Assembly (NCBI GenBank): GCA_020137815.1
Contig: CM035362.1
Span: 5,890,001-5,954,000, forward strand
Direction of reading: 5' to 3'
From: Hormiphora californensis
Lineage: Eukaryota; Animalia; Ctenophora
DNA: 64,000 bases
Shown here: piece by piece, positions 53,463 through 64,000 of the stretch
Position numbering within the stretch: position 1 is the stretch's first letter
Layout of the letters: every line of letters starts with the position of its first letter
Position numbers and translations under genes: made by a program
The notes under the pieces: generated by a model
Databases searched by the model: none
What the model saw: only the letters and a program-made list of their open reading frames with translations
Told to the model about the DNA's origin: nothing

Positions 53463-56400
53463 CCTCCACAAAATATATATTCGATGATGAGTATGTACCA
53501 CTAACGGGGTAAGTTGAATAACTTAACAAGAGCTGTTATCATTTTATAGATGAATATATCATTGCATATGTGTGACTTACTCATGTTTATGTATCGATTT
53601 ATTCTTTTATTAAAATGAATACATTATAGAGATACAGCTCAATGCAACATATTAGTATAAACATGTTAGACATGATTGGTTACTCATGTTCCTATGATAT
53701 ATCACGTTGTATAAGTGATTGATACATATGTGGCCAATTAGAAATTGATATGAAACCAAATGGACATAAGCTTTATTTAGGTTGGATAACTAAGCAAATT
53801 GGAACACTAAAACACTTTTAACGTTATGATTCGTTTCGTTTAATATTTAAGACTCGTCAGCTTTTTTTTGTAGTTTTGAAAACTTCAGCGCATTCCCAAA
53901 AGTGTCTTGAAGTTAATGGACCAGAAGGAACTTTATAACGTATCAAACTATCAAGGTTACTTACTTACTCAATAATTCAACATCTAAACAATTCTCGCAC
54001 TTATCCAAATGAATATCAAGCCTTAACAATTCCTTTAAATACTAATAAACTATCTATAGCTATAATCTTCCTCAAATACAATGGCCCTATATTCCTAACA
54101 AGGAATCCCGTTAGCAAGTGCAGGCAAAGCTGTCGAAATACAATCAATAATCCTTTTTGTATGGACATATTAGAGCTGGTATATATCGACTATTGATAGC
54201 TGGTATATATCGACTTCAAGAATATATTGTGACACTAAAAGATCAAAATATGTTCCTTTTAGGGCTGCAAATTGCTGTTGTCCGCAGAATTCAGAATTGA
54301 CCTATCAATAAATATCTAAAGGAACACACGCCATCGCCAGGAAAGGAAGTACAAAGAGCGTGAGAAGTAAACAACCAATCAGAGCTCGTTATTTAGGTCA
54401 CGTGACTGGTTATCAGCCAATCAGGGACCAGTATTTCCTGGTTCGGTCGGTTCCTGAAAGGAAGTACAAAGAGCGTGAGAAGCAAGGAAAATATTGCTTC
54501 TTCCCGTTACCTATGTAAAAGCCCCCCCCCCCTCCTCCTGGGTCCCTATAATTTATATCTCAAAGAAATTGGTGACATGTGCCCCAAGTGTGTCCGTATA
54601 AATGCAACAGCAATATGATTACATACAATACAGTTGGACCCCGATTTACCAGGATACTAGGAAAGGGATTGGGAGTTTGCCCGGTAAATCGGGGTTAAAA
54701 ACCTAATGTCCTATATATCGGGGGAATGTACCGGTGAATTGGGGCCCAACTGGTGCAACTGCAGTATTAGGCTTTGCATATATTAGGCTCGGGCCTCGTG
54801 GGGTATTATATGGTATATGTAGTAAACGGCATATAATTGTGTCTATATTTAGGTCACAAATTAATGCATAAAATTTACGAAAGATATTCGGTAATGATTG
54901 TGGAAACTATATTTGCCCTCCCCACGTCTTTGTTCTAAAAGTTACGGTCTTTTAAAGCAAGTATTGCTAATTTTAAAGGCACAAAACGGAAACCGTGTTG
55001 TTATTTGTTGCCATGCTACGCAGTCTGTCTGTTTAAGCACTTAAAGCGCTTACGCTCGCCCTTCGGGCTCGCGTAAGCTCACACCGGGCCTTCGGTGTTG
55101 ACAGACAAGGAACATGTCAAGTTATTTGCCTTACTCGGGTTAGAACATAAAAAGTTGTTATATACTTAGTTCAACTAATATAGAGTTCGAAAGAACTGAA
55201 AACTGTTCTACAGAACGATCTGTAGATCTAAGAACTAAGAAGCTAAGATTTTTAGTAAGTTACTAAGAAGCTAATTTGTCGCGTCATTTGAGAGTTAAGT
55301 GGTTTAAAATCCTGTCATTTAACCCCCCCATTTTACTTTGGAGACGAGACTATAATATTCTGCAATGAACCTCAAAAAACGACATTACGTTCAAGAAATG
55401 CACTCATATTGAACTGAATTTTGGAACCAAAAGACTCGACGATCACTATCAGGGGACATAATACGGGGGACTACGAGGGGGAAATGGACATGTCAGGCAA
55501 TGATCTGGTATCGGCTCTTTCAAACAAGACCCGGCCCACGCGGCCCTTCCATTGGAAAATTCATGGGAATTGTCGGGTGCAAACACAGAGGGTTGCGGGA
55601 AGTGCCAAGTAAAGGCATCCACATGATGCATATGATGAGACAGAGCTGCGATGGAATTAAACCCTATGCGCGATTCCTATAATATATGCAGTGCCTGCAC
55701 TAATCACACTTGCCACATGTGTAATTGTATAGGATCATGATTCATGACTGTATAGTATATCCACACTACTGATATAGCAATACGATTCGGATCATTAAGG
55801 GGCCATGACGTTATACTGCATCAGGCTAGCAACGCAATGGCCCATATTCTCATGCGCTCGGTGAAGCGATGAGAGAGAGCTGTTAATATATACGTCAGCC
55901 GCACAGCGATGAGTGGTATAAACAGCCCTACTGTATTGTGTCAACACAACATCAATTTAGGCCGTTAATATATGTTAATATACCTTGCAACATGTTGCAA
56001 GGTCAACTGCTCTTCGCGAAGCTTCGTGTTAAAATGGATATATTCATGACAATCTATATTCTGCAGTATAATAGTTAGCCGCGGATCTGCAAAGTCAAAT
56101 TAATTCAGAAAATCGTTTAACTTAAATCGTTCCCAATTACTTGTTCCATATATATATGTAGATCCAACACAAATGCACACAATTATGCTAACAACTTACA
56201 GATAGGTATTCTATTGTCTCATATAAGACCCTCCTCTTCGCACCGGGCCGAAGGCCTGGTGCGGCTACGTGAGGCCGCGTAGCGGCCTCACGTAGCGAGG
56301 TTGCGCGATGTACAGTCAGTGTATGACAAGTATTCTAGGATCAATTGAGAATTGCTATATGATGATGTTATCCAATAAGTTCAATAATTCAACAATTCCA

Positions 56401-56870
56401 TGATGATAATTATTATAATAATTATATAATATAACACCATGCTATGAATGTAGCACCGTGCTTGGTGACATGGAGACATGTTAGAACTGAGAGATCGATC
56501 TCACACAAATTACTCGCAAAGCATTAATAGGTGGCAATGGTACCAAGCCAAGGGCAAAAAATGCCATCTCTCTACTAAAATACTAAATCTAAATAGCAGA
56601 ATAGACACACGCACACAACACCTGCGGGAGAGAGTGTGTATGAGAGTATGTGTAAAGCAATCAATTCGAAGTCAGAGCCCCCTCCCATACAGAGCTGTGT
56701 TTTCAATAGCAGTACGTTACGAGTTATGACAGCTATATTGGATACGAGATGAAGGGGTGAGAAAATGGAGTAAACCTACCACCAACTACCTTAGTAGCTT
56801 CGAGGTAGTTGGATAGTTAACATCACATCGCGTGATCAGAGAGGGGGGAGAGAGAGGGGGAGAGAGAGAG

Positions 56871-56910
<40 letters not shown>

Positions 56911-56916
56911 AGAGAG

Positions 56917-56986
<70 letters not shown>

Positions 56987-57496
56987 AAAGCTAGTTGTCA
57001 CTTGTCAGACAACACGGTAGCGCATCAACCTGTTGATTAGTATAATAAGCTAGGTAACTAGTAATTTAAACTATTGAATGATCAGTGGGTGCTGCTGCTG
57101 CAATATAGTTCAGCTAGAATGGAGGTTATTAATATAATAACCTTCATAATAATATTATTGGTTCACCGACCACATAGGGTACTCACTACTGCAATCAAAC
57201 TAGGCGACAATATAATTGGCTAAACAGCAGCATGATCTAGTCAAATGTTTCCCTCTTAACCTCTATATAATAGATCTCCCTTTCTTTCTCACCCACTCTT
57301 TTTCTCTCTCTTTTCCTCAATCCTCTCCCTACCTCTATCTCACTCACTATATCGACAGTCCTTCTCTCACCTTTCTTGCTCGAATGTTGACCGTTCGGCA
57401 TTCAATGTCTTTTTATTCCTCTCACATGGTAATGAAATAGCATTGTGGTTAAGAAAGAGAGCGAGAGAGAGAGAGAGAGAGGGGGAGGGGGAGAGA

Positions 57497-57531
<35 letters not shown>

Positions 57532-60035
57532 GGGGAGGGGGAGAGAGAGAGATAGAGAGAGAGAGGGTGCAGAAGGCAATCAAAAACCACGTCTTGTCAC
57601 TACTCGGTAGAGTAAGCATTTGATGTGAGAGAAGCGACATTGCTTTGAGGGAGAGCTTGACATGGCAGCCGGAGAGAGAGGTGAAGATACGTACAATGTA
57701 CGTCGTACATAGATCAAAGATATTAAATTTGTAAGGGATAGGAAGAATAGATACATCAATTAATGATAAAGCATCTGGATGAAAATACAAGTTTTGAGGT
57801 CCTGTGTCAGTGTATCACAACCTATTGGTCTACAATACTATTAGGCAGCGGATTACGGGGGCCAAAAGAAATGCCCGAACTAATAAATCGCCCGAAAGAT
57901 CTATTCAGATTTGCATATTATGCGCATTTCTGTGTGGTGAAAATGTGGTAATTAGTGGTAATTAGTGGAAGCTCTTACGGTTTTGAGCCGCTCACGCTCA
58001 AATCCTGCGCTCTGATTAGCTGAAATTTCGTGCGCTCAAAATTTCAGCCAATCACATTTTTCGGACGATCTATTCTGGCTTTCGAAAGCTTTCGAGTCCC
58101 CGTAATCCCCCGTGTAATAATGGCGCAAGATACAAAGTTGATGAATGCGGTAGATCCATTAAATTCCATTTCCATATGATCAACGATGCTGGAAATTCAA
58201 ATTTAGTCCATTGTTTTACTGAATTTAAACATGCAAATGTCAAATGAGATACAATTGGATCAAATGAAAACATTCAGTTCTGTACAGAGTTTCTCTCAGT
58301 TTCTCTCTCAATTTCTGTACATATTCAAACAAAAGGAGGTGTTATACTAATTATGTGGAGATGGAGAATGTCAAACAGAGCTTCCACAATTTACCCGGCT
58401 CTTCTTTTTTCTCGCGACTCTCCTCATTCGGGCCCCCGTTATTCCTTAAGTGTCACCGAAAATCACGCGGAAGAAAGAAAGAAAGGAAGAAAGTAAAAAA
58501 GAAAGACAGGTCAAAGTAGGGGTCCGCACTTTTTTTTTTTCTTTTTTTTTTATGTCTTCATCGTTCCTAATAGGAATCCTATATCTGTCACCCCCCACCA
58601 CATCATGTGAACCCTGCCAGGCAATTGCTGACCCTATTTGCTTCAATCACGAAGGCAGGTCAGGCGGGCTAAGTCTGACAGCGTCTATATAACATACATG
58701 TGAGGTGGAGTTTGACAGATATCATCTCTGCAGCCATTTAATTGACCTCGGACTTCCGTATACTGCGAACACCCAATCTCGGGTGCTCTATGCAATTCTG
58801 TTGCCCAATCACTGACAGTAAAGCTTGCAGTATGTAGTCAATTAAACTTCTTGGCGTAGCATATGACGACACCCTAGAGACTAGTTGAAAAGCAGGGTGT
58901 GGAAGCGGGGTCAAATGTTCATGAGCAAGCATGTATATGTTCGTGTGTGAGACGGGAGTGAACGCCGTGTGCTGATCGTGCAATTTGATAGTGTTCGTGA
59001 AAAATGGTTAAGCTCACGTGTAACCTATATCTCGATAAAGGAAGAGAGAGATCTCTAGCGAGAGAGCGAGATAGAGAGAGAGCAAAGAGCATCTAGGTGG
59101 GGGTTAGAAGATAGCGAAAGTTATAAATTCTCCATATACATTATACCCCGATGCATATAAAGAACTAAGCCCGGCGCGGCTGGCTCCTATCGACAACTGT
59201 CCATAGCGAGAGAGATTTATGATAACTCGGAGAGCGCTCGAGCTACGCGATAGATATAGAAATATCGCCTATAGACTAGCTATGCTCCCTCTCTCTGCTC
59301 TCTCTCGCCTCGCGACACTAGCAGCTTCTCTCTCTCTCTCTCTCTCTTCTCTCTGATCGACTACTCCTCTCGTCTCTCGCTCTCTCTAGCTCAGCTGCTT
59401 CTCGCTCTCTCACCTCTCTCTCGCTCTCTCCCTCCACTCTTCTCGATCTCTTTTTTTTCTTACCTCCTTCTCTGCACTCCCGACCGGCTCCACTTTTTTC
59501 GGGCCAAGCACCCATCTACCATCTTCCATCTATACCAATACCTCGCCCCAGTCTGGAAATACTGCACCTAACCAAACACGCCACCACCACTCTGCCCTCA
59601 GCCAAGTGGGAACCTCCCCCCCCCCGTCCCCCTTCCATCCTCCCCTTCTCACACTTTGGGTTCGGTACAACGCTCTCTCCAGGGTAAATGGTGACCGGAA
59701 GAAAAGGCCGGGTAGGTGGCGTGGATGAGTGGCTTGTGATGTACGCATTAAGCTGCGGTAAGGTGCTGGCTGAGTTGACTTGCGTGTTGTGCCAAACTTT
59801 GTGTAGATGGTCCGCACTTTAGATATGCCCATTCCACTTTGTGTACTGGCTTATAGAGATTTTTGCGCTGATTAAGAAGACGTCATTCATTTTTCTCTAC
59901 GACAATGATAAATGCCTGTTCTGACGTCCTGAATGATTGGGGTCTACACAAATGCTGACAATTCCCCCAAGCGCGTTTTGGTCCGCTCTCTCCCCGCTCC
60001 AGGGTCACGTGATACGACTGCAAGATGTATAGCAG

Positions 60036-60451
60036 CCCCCATCAGAATGTCGCTCGGCAATTTCCGCATTGGCTCGGTGATTGGTTCGGTAACAACAGGT
60101 GGTTTGCCGAACCAGTGGTTCGGAGAGTCAAGGAGGTCGCCGAAAACTTACCGCACAAGGCCGCATGGCTCGGCAAACCACCTGTTGTTACCGAACCAAT
60201 CACCGAGCCAATGCGGAAATTGCCGAGCGACATTTTGGGGGGCCCCCATCAGATTGTCGCTCGGCAATTTCCGCATTGGCTCGGTGATTGGTTCGGTAAC
60301 AACAGGTGGTTTGCCGAGCCATGCGGCCTTGTGCGGTAAGTTTTCGGCGACCTCCTTGACTCTCCGAACCACTGGTTCGGCAAACCACCTGTTGTTACCG
60401 AACCAATCACCGAGCCAATGCGGAAATTGCCGAGCGACATTCTGATGGGGG
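60036..60451. mobile_element. Inverted dimer of the 209-bp palindromic MITE
   Basis: Two units with opposite spacer orientation joined at GGGGGGCCCCC (~60237-60247). Confidence 0.85.
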
Positions 60452-60602
60452 AGTGTGGGGCTGCTCAATAAGCGACTTACACACGTCCATGTCACCCAAC
60501 ACGGCGATAGACGACATCCCCTCCTTTGATCTGTAGGTATAGACAGGGACTCGGTGAATCAAGCGATATTCCGAGATATTTTATTCAATTCATAATTCCA
60601 AA

Positions 60603-62481
60603 TACAGTCGGACCCCGATTTACCAGGCCCCGATTTACCGGAACCCCGATTTACCGGGAGGATTTCTTTCCCCCGATTTTTTTTGGAAAATTTTCGAAGT
60701 TTTACCGGTTGGTAAACTTGCATTAAAATTCGCTAGGTCTAATAGGGATCACGTATCGGTTCGTTTCGAACCGTCTAATTAGCGGCAGGACACGTGATAA
60801 GATGCACCGATTCAAAACACGATTCGAACGTGGCTGGTATGCCTTAGAAAAATTTCATAAATTTTTTTGCAAAATTTTACAGAATCATTGTCAATGCTTT
60901 GATCGATGCTCCCCATAAATTTTCCGAGAAAAAGTTATTTTGAAATTTTGATACTTCCTCACCCCGCTTAGGGTGCCCAGATTCGGCATGGTATCACGTA
61001 TCGGTTCGTTTCGAACTGTCTAATTAGCGGCAGGACGCCAGGACACGTGATAAGATGCACCGATTCGAAACACGATTCGAACGTGGCTGCAGTATACTTT
61101 AGAAAAATTTCATAACTTTTTTTGCAAAATTTTACAGAATCATTGTCAATGCTTTGATCGATGCTCCCCGTAAATTTTCAGAGAAAAAGTTATTTTGAAA
61201 CTTTGATACTTCCTCACCCCGCTTAGGGTGACCAGATTCGGCATGGTATCACGTATCGGTTCGTTTTGAACCGTCTAATTAGCGGCAGGACATGCGATAA
61301 GATGCACCGATTCAAAACACGATTCGGACTCGGTAAAAAAATTTTTTAAATTTTCTATTTCTAATGACAGAAGCAATGATCATATTGTCATCAATAAATG
61401 TATACTACAGTCGGACCCCGATTTACCAGGCCCCGATTTACCGGAACCCCGATTTACCGGGAGGATTTCTTTCCCCCGATTTTTTTTGGAAAATTTTCGA
61501 AGTTTTACCGGTTGGTAAACTTGCATTAAAATTCGCTAGGTCTAATAGGGATCACGTATCGGTTCGTTTCGAACCGTCTAATTAGCGGCAGGACACGTGA
61601 TAAGATGCACCGATTCGAAACACGATTCGAACGTGGCTGGTATGCCTTAGAAAAATTTCATAAATTTTTTTGCAAAATTTTACAGAATCATTGTCAATGC
61701 TTTGATCGATGCTCCCCATAAATTTTCCGAGAAAAAGTTATTTTGAAATTTTGATACTTCCTCACCCCGCTTAGGGTGCCCAGATTCGGCATGGTATCAC
61801 GTATCGGTTCGTTTCGAACTGTCTAATTAGCGGCAGGACGCCAGGACACGTGATAAGATGCACCGATTCGAAACACGATTCGAACGTGGCTGCAGTATAC
61901 TTTAGAAAAATTTCATAACTTTTTTTGCAAAATTTTACAGAATCATTGTCAATGCTTTGATCGATGCTCCCCGTAAATTTTCAGAGAAAAAGTTATTTTG
62001 AAACTTTGATACTTCCTCACCCCGCTTAGGGTGACCAGATTCGGCATGGTATCACGTATCGGTTCGTTTTGAACCGTCTAATTAGCGGCAGGACATGCGA
62101 TAAGATGCACCGATTCAAAACACGATTCGGACTCGGTAAAAAAATTTTTTAAATTTTCTATTTCTAATGACAGAAGCAATGATCATATTGTCATCAATAA
62201 ATGTATACTATACAGTTGGTCACATTGATACCTGAGTGAGATCGAGGTCGCGCGGCGACCGAGATCGATCTCACATACATATTATTCGCGGAGCGAGAAT
62301 AGGATGCGATGGATCCAAACTATACAGTTAGAGGTGTCTTGGTATAGAATTTTGGACAAAAGTAGGATTTATGGGTAGGGTTTATGGGTCAAATATGCTC
62401 TACCCCGATATACCGGGCACCCCGATTTACCGGGCAAAATGGCTTCCCCCGAGGATCCCGGTAAATCGGGGTCCGACTGTA
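60603..62481. mobile_element. Long non-autonomous pogo-like element containing an 803-bp tandem duplication
   Basis: Starts TACAGTCGGACCCCG, ends GGGGTCCGACTGTA; 60603-61405 is near-identical to 61406-62208; internal ~245-bp sub-repeats also occur reversed at ~1670-1880. Confidence 0.8.
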
Positions 62482-63537
62482 CACGAAACTCTAAAACTCT
62501 AAAGAATGGTATACAAGCTGTGATCAATGTTTTTATACCAATATTGATATTAATCAAATATCTCTGGGATCAATCGGCAATCCATGTATAAAACCCAATG
62601 ACTTCTGATTCTAGTTAAGAATTAAGACTATGTCAGCCGAAACCAGCTCTTTCAATTGAACTCAAATCCAGTTTCATAATTCTATCCCAGCTAGCTATAC
62701 CATATGAATGCTTCTGCATAACAATCTTGTTAATTTTTTTGCAATAAATCTCACCTTGGATTGTACAACTTTCAAAGAGCCAACACGAAGAGCTCTGTTT
62801 TGATCAAAATGCTGAAACAAATGGATGGGGGTTAGAATTCCATTTAATGGGCTTCGGGTTTTAGTATTGTGCTCAGGCATTGGGACCCTGGGATGTAGTT
62901 TACACCCACCGATGCAGTACACTAATTAGATGCTGGCCAGAAGATGACATAAACAAAGTTTAGGGACCAATGTCAGATTGATCCCAAAACCCGGTTTTTC
63001 TCAAGATCTGTACAGCCCCGGCAAAATGTACTGCATTGGTGAATGCCCTCACTCATCACAATACATTGTTTCGAGATCATTGGAAAATTGACAACAAGTC
63101 AGCAATATTTAAATCATCGTGATACTCACTGCATACCCACCTATTGGAGGTGTGTGGGAACTGTTCAGGATTTCCCATTTTTGATGTTACCATGTGTGTA
63201 ACATGTGTGTAACATGTGTGTAAGCAGTTGTAACATGTGTATAACATGTAACATTGATATCTAAGTTATTTAGTTAATGAAATAAATTTCTTACTAACCT
63301 CAACCCATAATTCCCTCAGCAGGTTAATCAATCATTCAGTCATTCATTCATTCAATCAATCAATCGGGGATACAGGGTGGTGCGTCGAGCTGCTAATAAC
63401 ACGTTAAGACGGTTATTAGGTCTTTTGTGCAGCCGACCCTTTCACCGTGTTCGGTTTAAATATTATTTACAAAAAATTGTGGGTAATTCCCATGTGCTGG
63501 TCATGTAAAAACATAATTTCAAACACAATCTACTTAC

Positions 63538-63708
63538 CAATGCACTGTGGTACATCATTTGACCATGATAGATCCTGCTGACATGTCAATATTGCACTTC
63601 CCACAAGGATATGGTTGGCAGCACACTCGATGGTAGCAGTTGTCCCTATTGGTGAGGCAGTCCAACTTTCTTGTGTTGATCCCTCAACAGAAAATGCAGG
63701 ACACTCTG
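63538..63708 (-). CDS. Internal exon encoding one Sushi/CCP (SCR) domain; rest of gene unresolved or outside the window
   Basis: AG/GT-bounded phase 1-1 exon of 171 nt: ECPAFSVEGS...GTTATIECAANHILVGSAILTCQQDLSWSNDVPQCI (four Cys, G-S-x-x-L-T-C, W-S-x-x-x-P-x-C). Confidence 0.8.
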
Positions 63709-64000
63709 CTAAATGGAAAGATCAAGGTGTGAGTTCTATTGCAGCGGGGATTGGAGAGTTACACATTGTTGCTCAGTTATCATAATGGATAAATATCAGG
63801 CTTGGGGTACCCAATCTTTGTAGGGTTCTTTACCCAACAAACCAATTACAGTCGAACCCCGATTTAGGGACACCCTCGGGGGAAAGGGTCTTGTCCACTA
63901 AATCGGGGTGTCCACTAAATCGGGGTGGGCCATATTTGGCCCATAAAAACCTATTTTATGCCCAAAATGCTATATTATTAAGACTAAAGTATGGTGGTAT

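Noticed and set aside
62600-63180. Coding-like composition downstream of the Sushi exon
   Set aside because: Stops in the frames examined and no recognisable domain or consistent splice sites.

Overview
Eukaryotic (animal) genomic DNA, AT-rich, dense in introns and repeats, with one 100-N gap (26212-26311) and several low-quality stretches after long (GA)n/(CT)n runs. The repeat style and GPCR type suggest a ctenophore (Pleurobrachia-like); this is inference only. Reading splice phases by hand gives six coding loci. (1) A ~21-exon armadillo-repeat protein gene (+, ~4520-13584, 5' end unresolved). (2) A convergent ~23-exon M16A insulysin/pitrilysin-like metallopeptidase (-, 14307-25472) with an HFVEH motif and, unusually, a signal peptide and many N-glycosylation sequons. 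(3) A PR/SET plus C2H2 zinc-finger PRDM gene (+, ~28796-42532) with PRDM14-like signatures. (4) A single-exon class A GPCR nested antisense in a PRDM intron. (5) A second class A GPCR with a signal-peptide exon and three frameshifts. (6) One Sushi/CCP exon at the right edge. The non-coding DNA holds many MITE families, a tRNA-derived SINE, short Helitrons, a ~917-bp palindromic element and an inverted pair of hammerhead-like motifs. The most striking pattern is recurrent 'junction echoing': exon-intron boundaries are locally duplicated or tandemly amplified (up to ~27 times), often around a captured repeat fragment, and the intronic minisatellites are built from RFX X-box, E-box, CArG and CCAAT motifs.
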